A DNA stretch of 42,218 nucleotides, taken from NCBI GenBank assembly GCA_029863845.1, contig JAOTUO010000002.1, positions 1-42,218 of the forward strand, given 5' to 3'. The translations under genes and the position numbers were made by a program. The notes beneath the pieces are model-generated. The model saw nothing but the letters and a program-made list of their open reading frames with translations, was not told the origin of the DNA and did not search any database. This DNA comes from Myxococcales bacterium. GTDB lineage: Bacteria > Myxococcota_A > UBA9160 > SMWR01. Shown here piece after piece: positions 9,548 to 19,546 of the stretch; positions within the stretch are counted from its first letter, which is position 1; the number at the start of each line of letters is the position of its first letter.

Positions 9548-12500
9548 TCAGAGCGTCACGATCTCGTCTCGGCGCAGGTACCAGAGCTCGAAGCGCGGCG
9601 TATACGCCAGCGCGAACGCCTCCCGCACGGCGCGGCGGTAGACGGCGCCCTGGCCCACGTAGGTGAGGCTGTACTCGGAGAGCGGCGTCTCGGGGGATAC
9701 GCGGTCGGTCTTGTAGTCGGCGATGACCAGCTCGTCCGATTCGGGATCGCGGTAGAGCAGGTCGATCGCACCCGAGACGTAGGCGGCGGGGCCGCCGTCC
9801 GCGTCCGGCGGCGCCAGCACCGGAAGCTCGCGGGCGACGACGCAGCCGGCGAGCGAGCGGAGCCGCGAGAAGAGACGGCCCGCGACGAGCGCGTCGAACA
9901 GCGCTCGCGCGTCTGCGACCGCCGCTGCGAGGCTCTCGGGCTCCACCAGCGCGCTCAGATCGCCCTCGAGCGCGTCGCGCCACCGCGCGAACTCGGCTTC
10001 GGGTTCGACCTCGAGGTCGAACTCCTCGAGCGCGCGGTGCAGCGCCGTACCGACGGCACGCGCGACCTCGGCGGGCGACGCCGTCGCAGCGGCTTCGCCG
10101 GCCGCGCGGTCGGCGCGCTGCTCGCGCCAGTCGCGGGAGCCGTCATCCGAGGCGGCGGCGCCGAAGCGGCGTTCGCGCTGGGCGGCGACGCGATCGCGCT
10201 CGGTCCGCAGGCGGCGCGCGTCGCGCTCGATCTCGGCGGGTCGGGGCAGCGCGGCGTCCCCGGCCTGCGCCCACGCCACCGACGGCGGCCGCTCGCGTGA
10301 GAGCGACGGGAAGACCCAACGCGCCGCGGCGGCGTCGAAGAAGTCCGCCTCACCGCGCTCGACGAGCCGTCCCAGCTCGGCGTCGAAATCCGGCGCCGGG
10401 AGCGCCCGCGCCCGCAGCAGGCCCGCGTGGGATCCCCGCCCGTCCTTCCCGGGATCCGGCCAGCGGCCGGAGAGCACCAGCCGGGACTTCGCGCGCGTCA
10501 TCGCCACGTAGAGCGTGCGCACAGTCTCGGCCTCGGCGACCCGATCGCGCGCCTGGCGCACCCGGTCGAAGCCCGGCGTCGGCGCCCCGAAGAGCGCGTA
10601 CTCCATGCGGCCGTCGACCGCCGCGGCGGGAACGCGCCCGGCCCCGGCGCCGCCCGATCCCTTGTGCAGCTGCATCACGTAGACGTGCTCGAAGTCGAGG
10701 CCCTTGGCGCCGTGAATCGTCAGGATCTGCACGGCGTCGTCCACGACCTCGCGCGGCGTGGCCTCCTCGGCCACCTCCTCGTCGCGCACGGCGCTTCGAA
10801 GTCGGCGCAGGACCGCGTGGCGGTTGGCTCCCTCGCACAGCTCCTGCGTGAGCTCGCGGAAGAAGCGCTCCAGATTGGCGGCGCGCCAGGGACCGAGGAA
10901 GCGCGCCGCCTCACTCGCCTCGAAGAGCAGCGCGGTGCGCAGCCGCTCGACGAAGACGTCAGGCGGGTCGCGGCGGGCAGAGCGGCGAAGCTCCTTCAGG
11001 GCGTCGATGGCGGCCAGCAGGTTGCTCTCCCAGCCCTCCACGCGCTCGCACCCGGGAACGTCCGACGGCAGGGAGACCGCCGCGGCGCGCACGCCGTCGG
11101 CGAGCTCCGCACACTTGTCCGGGGTGAGGTCCTCGAGATTCGTCAGGAGCGAGGGAAAGTCGCGGCGCCACAGCGGGAGCAGCGCGGCGTCCGGTACGCC
11201 GACGGCTGCCGAGCGCAGGAAGGCGAGGAGCGCCAGGTGGTCGTTGGGATCGAGCGCGCTGCGCACCAGCGCGGACGCGTCGATGATCTCGCGGCGCTGG
11301 TAGTAGCTGCGATCTCCCACCACCGCGTACGGCACACCGGCCTCGCGCAGGGCGCCGAGATAGATGTCCCACTCGCCCCGACTGCGGAAGAGGACGCCGA
11401 CGCCCTTCCACGCCACGCCATGGTCGTCGTGGAGCGCGCGGAGGTCGCGGGCCAGGGCGGTGGCCTCGATTCGCGCGGCGGCGGCCGCGGCAGTCGACGT
11501 CCGGACGCCCGCGGCGCGATCGACCGTGTCGGGCAGCCAGAACTCGACCGGGGCGAAGCGTCCGGCGGCGAAGCCGCCCGCGTCCCGGTTCTCGGGGCTC
11601 GGGACGAGCACCTGGAAGGGCGGCTGTACGCCCTCGCGCGGCACCAGGAGGGGCGCCGCGATCCGCTCGACCTCGTCGAGAACGGCCGGCACGGACCGGT
11701 AGTTGACCGACAGGCGGCGGCGAAGGCCGCCGGCCTCCTCGACGTCCCGAACGAACGCGTCGTACGCGGCGAGGTCGGCGCTGCGCCAGCCGTAGATCGA
11801 CTGCTTCGGATCGCCCACGAGGAAGAGTCCTGGACGCGACGACTCCGGGCCCTCGAGCGCGACCGCATGCACGATCTCGCACTGCCGGCGATCGGTATCC
11901 TGGAACTCGTCGACGAGCAGCTGATCGACGCGGTCCCTGACGCGCGCCGCCGCATCGGGTCGACTCGCGAGAAGGTGGGCCGTCTCAGTGAGCAGGCCCG
12001 AGAAGCTCAACACCCCGCGCGCGCGAAGCTGCGCTTCGACCGCGCCGAGCAGCGCGACCACCACCCGCCGGCCGCGGTCGAGACGCTCCAGGTCGAGGCT
12101 CGCGAGGTGCCGGATCAGCCCTGCGAGATCGGCGGCGGGCTCGGCCAGCGCCTCCGTCCGGTCGCCGAGGGCATTGCCCTCCTTCGTGCCGAACTTCCCA
12201 CGCGCCCATTCCCCGAGCCGGCCGACCTCGTTGTCCTGCCACTGCACCCCGAGCCACGCCAGGAACGCTTCGAATTCCGAGCGGGTCGAGAAGGGCTCCT
12301 GCTCCAGCCGCGTGACGGTCTGGCGGATGCGCGCGCTCGTCGCCTCCGCGACGCGGACGCCGCACGCATCCATGCAGTCCCCGGTGGCGGCCCGTACGGC
12401 TTCGAGTGACTCGCGCAGCCGATCTCGCAGGTGCTCGAGGCGATCGGGGGCAAGCGGGTCGCTCTCGAGCGCCTCGGCAGAGACCCCCTCCGAGAGAAGC

Positions 12501-13159
12501 GCGCACACCTCCGCCTCGATCGCGCGCGGACCCGCGTCCACTTCCGCCAGCGCCAGATAATCCGGATCGCCGGGGTCGTCGTACGCCGCGCGCAGTCGAG
12601 CCTCCAGCACGTCGCGCACCACCTCCGCCTGGCGCCGGCCCTCTGCGTCGATTTCGAGCCGAGGGTGCAGCTGCGCCTCGAGCGGATACAGCGAGAGGAG
12701 ACGGCGGCACCACGCGTGGATGGTGTGCACCTCGAGGTAATCGAGGGCGCTGCGCAGCGCCCGCGTGCGCTCGCGTCGCAGCGATGCCACCGGCAGGCAG
12801 TCCTCGACGACGCCGACCGGGAGCTCTCCACGCTCGACGCCGCGCAGCGCCGCGTCGACGCGCGTCGCCATCTCGGCCGCCGCCGCCTCGGTGAAGGTGA
12901 TGGCGACGACGCCCGACAGGACGCGCGCGGCCACGTGGTGATCGAGCCCCGCGGCGCCGTCTGCCCCACGCAGCGCGGCGGCCGCGCGCTCCCAGCCCTC
13001 GCCCAGGGTCCAGGCTGTGATGCGCGATACCAGGGCGGCGGTCTTGCCGGTGCCCGCACCGGCCTCGAGCATGAAGGGCCGGTCGAACACCTGCTGCGCC
13101 AGGCGGCGGGCCTCCGCGTCTTCGCGCCGCAGCTCCGCGACGCGCGCGTCTTCCGTCAC
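9548..13159 (-). CDS. addA: AddA-type UvrD-family helicase/nuclease (double-strand break repair)
   Basis: Inner GTG of ORF 9548..13450, in frame. Helicase motifs EAGAGTGKTAAL, LLVDEFQDTD, VGDPKQSIYGWRSAD and LYVAMTRAKSRLVLSG. C-terminal PD-(D/E)XK nuclease (IDLLYRD...LVIADYKTDR). The start overlaps the addB stop (GTGA). Confidence 0.88.
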   Translation of the reverse strand: MTEDARVAELRREDAEARRLAQQVFDRPFMLEAGAGTGKTAALVSRITAWTLGEGWERAAAALRGADGAAGLDHHVAARVLSGVVAITFTEAAAAEMATRVDAALRGVERGELPVGVVEDCLPVASLRRERTRALRSALDYLEVHTIHAWCRRLLSLYPLEAQLHPRLEIDAEGRRQAEVVRDVLEARLRAAYDDPGDPDYLALAEVDAGPRAIEAEVCALLSEGVSAEALESDPLAPDRLEHLRDRLRESLEAVRAATGDCMDACGVRVAEATSARIRQTVTRLEQEPFSTRSEFEAFLAWLGVQWQDNEVGRLGEWARGKFGTKEGNALGDRTEALAEPAADLAGLIRHLASLDLERLDRGRRVVVALLGAVEAQLRARGVLSFSGLLTETAHLLASRPDAAARVRDRVDQLLVDEFQDTDRRQCEIVHAVALEGPESSRPGLFLVGDPKQSIYGWRSADLAAYDAFVRDVEEAGGLRRRLSVNYRSVPAVLDEVERIAAPLLVPREGVQPPFQVLVPSPENRDAGGFAAGRFAPVEFWLPDTVDRAAGVRTSTAAAAAARIEATALARDLRALHDDHGVAWKGVGVLFRSRGEWDIYLGALREAGVPYAVVGDRSYYQRREIIDASALVRSALDPNDHLALLAFLRSAAVGVPDAALLPLWRRDFPSLLTNLEDLTPDKCAELADGVRAAAVSLPSDVPGCERVEGWESNLLAAIDALKELRRSARRDPPDVFVERLRTALLFEASEAARFLGPWRAANLERFFRELTQELCEGANRHAVLRRLRSAVRDEEVAEEATPREVVDDAVQILTIHGAKGLDFEHVYVMQLHKGSGGAGAGRVPAAAVDGRMEYALFGAPTPGFDRVRQARDRVAEAETVRTLYVAMTRAKSRLVLSGRWPDPGKDGRGSHAGLLRARALPAPDFDAELGRLVERGEADFFDAAAARWVFPSLSRERPPSVAWAQAGDAALPRPAEIERDARRLRTERDRVAAQRERRFGAAASDDGSRDWREQRADRAAGEAAATASPAEVARAVGTALHRALEEFDLEVEPEAEFARWRDALEGDLSALVEPESLAAAVADARALFDALVAGRLFSRLRSLAGCVVARELPVLAPPDADGGPAAYVSGAIDLLYRDPESDELVIADYKTDRVSPETPLSEYSLTYVGQGAVYRRAVREAFALAYTPRFELWYLRRDEIVTL

Positions 13160-16100
13160 GCCCCCTCCCCGAGCTTCCAGCCCCCGAGGAGCGCCCGCTC
13201 GGCGGGGCTGCGGTCTCGCGCGGCCGCGTCGGCGCCCGTCCAGCCCTCGAGTCGGCGCCGCGCCCCCGAGTCGCCGCGCAGGCAGGCGACCCTCACCTCG
13301 CACCACCCACAGCGATCGGGCTCCCTCCCCTTGGCGTCGGCCAGACGCGGGAAGAAGGCGCCGCGATCCCACACCTCGAGCACGCTTCGCACGGCGGACT
13401 CGAACGCCGCGGCGAATGCCTCGTCGTCGGAGCGCACTTCGAGGCTGCACGCGTGCTCCGGCGTCTCGGGGCTCAGGAACAGGTAACGCCCCCGGGCCGG
13501 TGCGCAGCGCCCGCCCGCCCGGGCGTAGGCGGTCGCCTGGAGCATCTCACCGCGGGCGACGCGCTGGCGATGGTGCTCCTCCCGAATCGAGAGCGTCTTC
13601 TGCGTGTCGGGCGGCTTTCCCGTCTTGTAGTCGGTGAGACACAACCCGCCCTCGCTGCGGTCGACGCGGTCCGCCCGAAAGCGCACCGTCCGCTCTCGCC
13701 CCTGCGCATCGCGCAACGCGACGGAGCCGGTCAGCTCGGCGCCGAGCACCGCAACCGCCGCGCTCGGCTCGGACCAGTCTCGTTCCCGTGCGATCTCGAG
13801 GCGCGCGTGAGCGCGCTTCGCCAGGATGCGCTCGAAGCCTCGCAGCGCGATCCCCTCCTCGCGCGCCACCGACTCCGCGCAGCTGCGAACCATCGCGTCG
13901 AGGGTCTCGGCGTCGGGCCAGCGCACCGGTACCGGATCGCGGCGCCATGCCGCGTCGAGATCCCCGGGCGCGTCTCCGAGCTCCTGCACCGCGATCCGCT
14001 CGAGCGCGCGGTGGACGACGCTTCCCAGGACCCGGGGCTCGACTCCGGGGAGATCCCCGAGCGAGTCGGGCGGGAGCTCGAGCCGAAGAACGCGGCTCAG
14101 GAACGTGCGCCACGGACATCCGGCCAGGTCCTCCAGGACGGTCACGTACGGAGTTTCCCCGGCCGCCGTACCCGGGGGTCCGCCCGTGTAGCCGAAATAG
14201 GGGCCCGGGTCGCGGGGCTGGCTCGAAGGGGGATCGAGCTCGGCGAGCACCGCGCAGCGCGAGCGAGCGAGGGCAAGCGGCTCCGCCCTTTCCGTGCGGG
14301 GACCCTCCGACGCCCCCTCGTCGAGGGCAATCCGCAGCACGCGTTCGAAGCGCTTGCGCGACCCGTAGAGCCCGGCCAGGATCGCGTGCTCGTGGGCGGG
14401 ACGCGGCGGGCGCGAGGCGTCCGGTCGTCCCGGCGCGCAGACCCCGTAAAGCGAGGGAATCGCATCCGGCTCGGGCACGGTCCCATCGGACTGGAGTCGC
14501 TCGACGAGCGGTGAAACGGGGTGCGGCTTGCCGTCGTCGTCGGTGATCGGACACGAGAGCGTGACCTCCGGGCTCGCCGACAGGAGCTGCGCGAACAGGT
14601 AGCGGTCCTCGTCGTGGCCCTCCGACTTGACGGGAAGGTCGGGAAGCACGGCGCGCAGGCGCCTTCGCAGCGCGTCGGACAGCAGTGGATCCTCGGCGAC
14701 CGGTCGGGGAAAGAGGCCCCGTCCGAGGCCCATCACGAACAGGTGGTCGAACGTGCGCGCGCGCGCCTCCATCACGTTCAGGACCGCGACGCCGGCGCCC
14801 TCGCCGCCGAGCGGCGTCGAGCCTGCGCCCCCCAGCACCCGGCCGAGCAGGAGGATGAAATCGTCGCGGCCCAGCTCGACGTCGCCGGGAAGCTCGGCCC
14901 GAGGCGCGAAGATCGCCGCCTCCAGCGCGCTCCGTTCGCGAGCGTCGCTCCGCCAGTTCAGGTCATCGTCGATCAAACGGCGCAGCCACTCGCGATGCGC
15001 GTCCAGTCGATCGCGTTCCGGCTGGTGAGTGAAGCGCTCGTCCAGGGACCGGGCTGCGGCGATGGCGCGCTCGAGAAGCGCGCGGTGGATTCGCCGGTGC
15101 GGGAGCCGGCCCGCCCCGGCGTCGTCCTCCCGAAGACCGCTGCGCACCGGAAGCGCGAGCGCCTCTTCGCTCTCCGGCTCGGAGATCTCCAGCGACGCCG
15201 CGTCCACCAGGCGTGCGGCGCCCCGCGCGTGGAGGGCCAGGCCGAGGTCGGCCAGCTCGACGCTCGTCGCCTCCGGCGACGAACGCCCGGGGAACACGCA
15301 CAGGTCGAGCCAGCGCTCTGCGGGCAGGCGCGGGCCCTGCGCGACGAGCTCCAGCAGGGCCGCGATCCGGCCGCCGACCTCATCGTTCGGCCCGCGCTCG
15401 CCCAATGCCGAGAAGGGGATCCCCAGCCGCCCGAAGTGCAGGCGCAGCGGCACCGCGTACGCCGCGAGGCCGCGCGCCACGACACCGATCCGCTCCGCCC
15501 GAGCCCCGGCGTCGAGCAGTGCGCGCACGCGATCCGCCACGCCACGAGCCTCCGCGTGGGGACCGGGCGCTCGCAGCACCGCGACCCGCGGGCGCTCGCC
15601 GCGCGGGGCGACGGTCTCGACGCCGCCCGCGGCGCTCTCGAGCCGCTCGCCGAAGCGTCGGGTGAACTCCGTCTCGGACGCGCCTTCGGCGGATGCGGGG
15701 TCGCGCGGGTGATCGAGGAGGACCCGGGCGCCGCCGTATCGCACCAGCGCCTCGATCCAATCGGCCTGAACCCCGGTGGCGTCGGCGAAGCCGTGTACGA
15801 AGAGCGCCCGACAGGGCAGCGCGCCCGCCGGGTCGCTTTGGAAGCGCTCGCGCGCCGCGCGGAAAAGCTGGGAGCGGTGACGGAGGCCGTGCTCCGCGAG
15901 GCTCGTCCCGACCCGCGCCGCCACGCGCACCAGCGCCCGGGCCCGCTCGGCCTCGGGGCCCACCTCGCCGGCGGCGAGGATTCCCTCGTCGAGGACCTCG
16001 GCGTGGTGGGGCTCGAAGCCGGCGTCGAGCAGGTCGGCGACGCCGGCCTCGACCGGACCGTAGCCGTCGACGAACGGCTCGAAGCCGTCGCGCAGGACCG

Positions 16101-16425
16101 GCTCGGCGCGCGCGAGCCGGCGCACCATCACCGCGAACAGCGCCGAGCCCACGGGCGCGCCCTCCCCCGTCCGCTCGGCGATCTCGAGGGCGAACGAGTA
16201 CAGGGTTCGAATCGAGATGCCCGCCACGGCACCGAACTCCGCCACGACGACGGCCGAGAGATGCTCGCGCAGGCTGCGCGACGGAACGACGATCCGCAGC
16301 GGCGCGACGAGCCGACCCGGCTCCCGGATGCCCGCTTCGAGCAACGGGCGCAGCGCGCCGAGCAGGCTGGCTTCGACGGCCCGCGGCCCCTGGCCGATCC
16401 GCAGCGGATGGGTTCCCCTCGTCAT
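13156..16425 (-). CDS. addB: AddB-type nuclease subunit with Fe-S cluster
   Basis: C-terminal RecB-like nuclease (LCLTDYKTGKP, LQATAYARA). The Cys set GCPW ... CGWCEVRVAC fits the AddB iron-staple cluster. The N-terminal helicase-like domain is degenerate. The start is set at the internal ATG (MTRGTHPL) preceded by GAGAGAGG; the ORF extends to 16488. Confidence 0.85.
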   Translation of the reverse strand: MTRGTHPLRIGQGPRAVEASLLGALRPLLEAGIREPGRLVAPLRIVVPSRSLREHLSAVVVAEFGAVAGISIRTLYSFALEIAERTGEGAPVGSALFAVMVRRLARAEPVLRDGFEPFVDGYGPVEAGVADLLDAGFEPHHAEVLDEGILAAGEVGPEAERARALVRVAARVGTSLAEHGLRHRSQLFRAARERFQSDPAGALPCRALFVHGFADATGVQADWIEALVRYGGARVLLDHPRDPASAEGASETEFTRRFGERLESAAGGVETVAPRGERPRVAVLRAPGPHAEARGVADRVRALLDAGARAERIGVVARGLAAYAVPLRLHFGRLGIPFSALGERGPNDEVGGRIAALLELVAQGPRLPAERWLDLCVFPGRSSPEATSVELADLGLALHARGAARLVDAASLEISEPESEEALALPVRSGLREDDAGAGRLPHRRIHRALLERAIAAARSLDERFTHQPERDRLDAHREWLRRLIDDDLNWRSDARERSALEAAIFAPRAELPGDVELGRDDFILLLGRVLGGAGSTPLGGEGAGVAVLNVMEARARTFDHLFVMGLGRGLFPRPVAEDPLLSDALRRRLRAVLPDLPVKSEGHDEDRYLFAQLLSASPEVTLSCPITDDDGKPHPVSPLVERLQSDGTVPEPDAIPSLYGVCAPGRPDASRPPRPAHEHAILAGLYGSRKRFERVLRIALDEGASEGPRTERAEPLALARSRCAVLAELDPPSSQPRDPGPYFGYTGGPPGTAAGETPYVTVLEDLAGCPWRTFLSRVLRLELPPDSLGDLPGVEPRVLGSVVHRALERIAVQELGDAPGDLDAAWRRDPVPVRWPDAETLDAMVRSCAESVAREEGIALRGFERILAKRAHARLEIARERDWSEPSAAVAVLGAELTGSVALRDAQGRERTVRFRADRVDRSEGGLCLTDYKTGKPPDTQKTLSIREEHHRQRVARGEMLQATAYARAGGRCAPARGRYLFLSPETPEHACSLEVRSDDEAFAAAFESAVRSVLEVWDRGAFFPRLADAKGREPDRCGWCEVRVACLRGDSGARRRLEGWTGADAAARDRSPAERALLGGWKLGEGA

Positions 16426-16562
16426 CGCCTCTCTCTGGACGTGCAGACTACCAGTAGGATGGGCGTGCGGCGTGACTGCCGCGGTCACGCTCTTCGAAAC
16501 CCGTAACTTACTGTTATTACTTGTATTTCAAGGGATCCTGCGGGACCGGGAGCAGATCGGCC

Positions 16563-16598
16563 AAAAATGATATTGAACTTCATTTTCAGATTGATACA
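16563..16598. promoter_or_regulatory. candidate Fur box / iron-responsive operator upstream of bfd
   Basis: One of the few AT-rich patches in the window. AAAAATGATATTGAACTTC matches the 19-bp Fur consensus GATAATGATAATCATTATC at 12 of 19 positions by my count. It continues as hexamer-like units ATGATA TTGAAC TTCATT TTCAGA TTGATA. Lies about 60-100 nt upstream of the bfd start. Confidence 0.35.
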
Positions 16599-16659
16599 CT
16601 CCCCTCCCAGATCGACGGCGCCACGGCGTCCGCTCGAGCAGGAGACCGGGGGACGCAAC

Positions 16660-16878
16660 GTGGTCATCTGTCATTGTCACGGGATCAGCGATCACGCGAT
16701 CCGCAAGGCGATCCGCGGCGGCGCGTCCTCGCGCCGGGAGATCGCACGCTCCTGCAAGGCGGGCGGCGCGTGCGAGGGCTGCGCTCCCGCAATCGACGAG
16801 ATCCTCGAGTCGCAGGAGGCCGCCGAGAACGCGACCTCGCTCCCGGCCTTCGCCGGCCTCGTCGCCAGCACCGGCTGA
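16660..16878 (+). CDS. bfd: bacterioferritin-associated ferredoxin (BFD-like [2Fe-2S] domain)
   Basis: Inner GTG of ORF 16567..16878, preceded by GGAGACCGGGGGA. Cys pattern VICHCHGISDHAIRKAI ... CKAGGACEGCAP is typical of Bfd. Lies directly upstream of bfr. Confidence 0.8.
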   Translation: MVICHCHGISDHAIRKAIRGGASSRREIARSCKAGGACEGCAPAIDEILESQEAAENATSLPAFAGLVASTG

Positions 16879-16903
16879 CCGCGCAACCGGCGCGGCGCCG
16901 CCG

Positions 16904-16928
16904 GAATTCGACATCCGCGGTCGAATTC
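16904..16928. other. perfect 9-bp inverted repeat between bfd and bfr
   Basis: GAATTCGAC-atccgcg-GTCGAATTC. Could form a hairpin or be a dimeric protein-binding site. No T-tract follows. Confidence 0.4.
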
Positions 16929-16996
16929 GATTAAGTAGCCCTCGCTGACGCGGCTGGTGGGCCGTCGCGGACTCGGGCTGAAAGACCGGAGGTCTC

Positions 16997-17467
16997 ATGA
17001 AAGGCGACGCCGCGGTGATCGAAGCCCTGAATGCCCTTCTCACCGCGGAGCTCACCGCCGTCAATCAGTATTTCGTCCACCACAAGATGTGCGAGAACTG
17101 GGGTTACGCGCGGCTGTCCCAGAAGAAGTACGAAGAGGCGCTCGCCGAGATGAAAGACGCCGACCTGGTGATCGCGCGCATCCTCTACCTCGACGGACTC
17201 CCGAACATGCAGCGACTCAGCCCCGTGCGCATCGGAGAGGATCCGATCGAGCAGCACAAGCTGGACCTCGCGTTGGAGACGGAGGCCATCGAACGCATCA
17301 ACAGCGCCATCGCGCTCTGCCACGAGAAGGGCGACAGCGGAACCGGCGAGATCCTCCAGGAGATCCTCAAGGGGGAGGAGGCGTCCGCGGACTGGCTCGA
17401 AGCGCAGCTGCACATCGTCGAAGCGGTCGGCAAGAAGGCCTATCTGGTCGAGCAGATCCGCGCCTGA
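16997..17467 (+). CDS. bfr: bacterioferritin
   Basis: 156 aa. MKGDAAVIEALNALLTAELTAVNQYFVHHKM and EALAEMKDAD (haem-ligand Met region). Ferroxidase-centre Glu/His pattern throughout. Confidence 0.93.
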   Translation: MKGDAAVIEALNALLTAELTAVNQYFVHHKMCENWGYARLSQKKYEEALAEMKDADLVIARILYLDGLPNMQRLSPVRIGEDPIEQHKLDLALETEAIERINSAIALCHEKGDSGTGEILQEILKGEEASADWLEAQLHIVEAVGKKAYLVEQIRA

Positions 17468-17550
17468 CCCTCCCCCTCCGCTCCGCTGGAGCGAGACGGG
17501 GAGCGCAGTACAATCCCGACGTCCACCCAGAATCGCCGGAGCACGCCCGC

Positions 17551-18120
17551 ATGCCCAAGGATTTCCTGGCAGACCGCAAGAAGGCCCTCGAGGATTCGTT
17601 CTTCGCCAAGCACAACGAGAAGCTCCTGGCGAAGATGCGCGACAAACAGCGCAAGCAGGCCGCCCGGGACGGGCTCGCCGAGATCTCGGGCGTCAGCGAC
17701 GGCGACGTGCTCGACCAGCTGGTGGCTCTCGACATCGAGCCGGCGACCTGGACCGCCATGTCACTGATTCCGCTGGTGGAGGTCGCGTGGGCCGACGGCA
17801 AGATGGACGCGAGGGAGCGGCGAGCCGTGCTCGCCGCCGCCGAAGCGAACGGCGTGTTCGTGGACAGTCCGAGCCACGCGCTCCTGGTGAGCTGGCTCGA
17901 GCGTCGTCCGGACGCGCGCGTCTTCCAGGCCTGGGGCGAGTACATCGTGCACCTGTGCAGCAAGCTGGGCGAGCGGGAGAAGCAGCGCCTCAAGTCCGAG
18001 ATCGTGGGCCGAGCGCGCGCGGTGGCCGAGTCGACCGGCGGCATCCTCGGTCTCGGAAACAAGGTCTGCGCCGAGGAGGCCGCGATCCTCTCCGAGCTCG
18101 AAAAGGCCTTCGAGGGCTAG
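17551..18120 (+). CDS. TerB-like domain protein (function unknown)
   Basis: Inner ATG of ORF 16957..18120, in frame; the upstream part of that ORF overlaps bfr out of frame. LIPLVEVAWADGKMDARERRAVL resembles TerB/DjlA-N-type helical domains. The assignment is by recollection of the family only. Confidence 0.5.
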   Translation: MPKDFLADRKKALEDSFFAKHNEKLLAKMRDKQRKQAARDGLAEISGVSDGDVLDQLVALDIEPATWTAMSLIPLVEVAWADGKMDARERRAVLAAAEANGVFVDSPSHALLVSWLERRPDARVFQAWGEYIVHLCSKLGEREKQRLKSEIVGRARAVAESTGGILGLGNKVCAEEAAILSELEKAFEG

Positions 18121-19403
18121 TCGGAACCCTGACGCAACGCGGCGCGCGTGCGCCGCCGCGCGGCGAACTCCGGCGCCTCGCGCAGGCACATGACGAGCAG
18201 GCGCAGCGACGTGCCGAACACACTGAGCCCGCTGCGCTGGAGCTCGGCCGCGCCCTCCCCCACGTCGGCGAAGCCGCGTTCGTCGGGCGTCAGCCGCTCC
18301 CAGTTCGCGAAGAGCCGACCCCACTCGCTCGCCATCACCGCGCGCACCCGCCGCTTCGCGACCAGCGGGTACCAGAGGCTGTCGTGGTAGGCCACGCTCG
18401 CGAGGTAGGCCCAGGGGGCGAGCACCGTCTTGAGCGACCACTCCAGGGGCCGCTTGAGCGGGCCCCAGTAGATCTGGTGTTGCATGCGCGAGGCGAAGGT
18501 CATCTTCTGAAAGGGGCCGGTGAAATTCCAGCGCTGCTCCGCCGCGTCCGCGTCGCCGACGATCTCGATCTGCGCGGGATCCCCGCACCCGAGCCCGCGC
18601 TCGTGGGCCAGTCGGATGAATCGGATCGAGAGCGGGTCGAAGCCCATCATCCGCGCCGCGACGGCATCGATCGCCACCTGATCGGCGCTCGCCAGCACGA
18701 CGTTCTTCACGTGCGGGACCATGCAGCGGGGCCCGGGGCCGTCCCCGGCGAAGGTCCCGTCCATCACCGCGAAGATACCCGGGTGGATCCGCTTCTGGAT
18801 CGCGAGCAGGTCCACGAGGGTCTCGTGGATCACCGGGTGGGTCCAGTGGCGCCGCTCGTTGAGCAGTCCTCCGAAGGCGTTCTTCATGGCGCCGGTGGTC
18901 GTGGTGAAAACGTGCGTCTTCACCGTCGGCAGGTGGATGATGTTCTCACCGAGGAAGCGCTTGGGGATCGAGAAGCCCTCGGGGTAGACGTCGTTCAGGC
19001 ACAGGAACTCGTCGGCCAGGTCGCCCACCGCCTCGCGGATGTGGATCCACTCCTCGCCCTCGTAGAGATGCACGTTGCGCAGGCCATGCGCCTGCACGAC
19101 GGGAAGCTGCTTGTTCTCGCGCTCGCCCAGGTGTGCGTCGATCACGACGGTGCGGTTGTGGCAGGCGTGCATGCGCTCGGCGGCGTAGCCGTCGCGACGC
19201 ATGGCGCGGATCACGCCGTCGAGCTGCCACGGCGTCGTCGAGCTCGCGGGATAGAAGAAGTGCCACGAGATGTTGACCTTCAGGGCGGTCTCGATGTCAG
19301 GGGCGATGACGGACCGGTAGTCCGCCAGATTCATGACCCGGTGGTAGTCCTCGAACACCGTCCGCGGCGAGGTGCGCACGACGGCGACCCGAGATCGGTT
19401 CAT
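18117..19403 (-). CDS. DUF362 domain-containing protein
   Basis: 428 aa. LKVNISW...[46 protein letters not shown] and [12 protein letters not shown] resemble the conserved blocks of DUF362. There is an extra ~120-aa C-terminal extension. Confidence 0.6.
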   Translation of the reverse strand: MNRSRVAVVRTSPRTVFEDYHRVMNLADYRSVIAPDIETALKVNISWHFFYPASSTTPWQLDGVIRAMRRDGYAAERMHACHNRTVVIDAHLGERENKQLPVVQAHGLRNVHLYEGEEWIHIREAVGDLADEFLCLNDVYPEGFSIPKRFLGENIIHLPTVKTHVFTTTTGAMKNAFGGLLNERRHWTHPVIHETLVDLLAIQKRIHPGIFAVMDGTFAGDGPGPRCMVPHVKNVVLASADQVAIDAVAARMMGFDPLSIRFIRLAHERGLGCGDPAQIEIVGDADAAEQRWNFTGPFQKMTFASRMQHQIYWGPLKRPLEWSLKTVLAPWAYLASVAYHDSLWYPLVAKRRVRAVMASEWGRLFANWERLTPDERGFADVGEGAAELQRSGLSVFGTSLRLLVMCLREAPEFAARRRTRAALRQGSD

Positions 19404-19546
19404 TCTCTCGCCTCCTGTCGCGCGTCCCGCCGCCGCTGCCGGGCGCGCGTCACGGCAGCAGCCTCGGCAGGCGGGCCAGTCTAGCGCCGGGGCCGGCCGG
19501 CGGCCCGGCGGGGTGCGCCGATCCGCGGGTTCGCTACCGTGCGCGC

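Noticed and set aside
9548-16425. Helicase-nuclease pair as a phage-defence system
   Set aside because: The motif content and architecture match housekeeping AddAB: a UvrD-type helicase with a RecB nuclease, and a partner with an Fe-S nuclease domain. The genes are translationally coupled, with no associated defence genes.
16567-16659. ATG-initiated N-terminal extension of bfd (MILNFIFRLIHSPPRS...)
   Set aside because: The extension lies in the AT-rich promoter and Fur-box region and adds 31 non-conserved-looking residues. The GTG at 16660 has a Shine-Dalgarno-like GGAG upstream and gives a normal ~72-aa Bfd.
16957-17550. N-terminal 198 codons of ORF 16957-18120
   Set aside because: They overlap bfr out of frame and are Arg-rich. 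The TerB-like protein more plausibly starts at ATG 17551 in the bfr-downstream gap.
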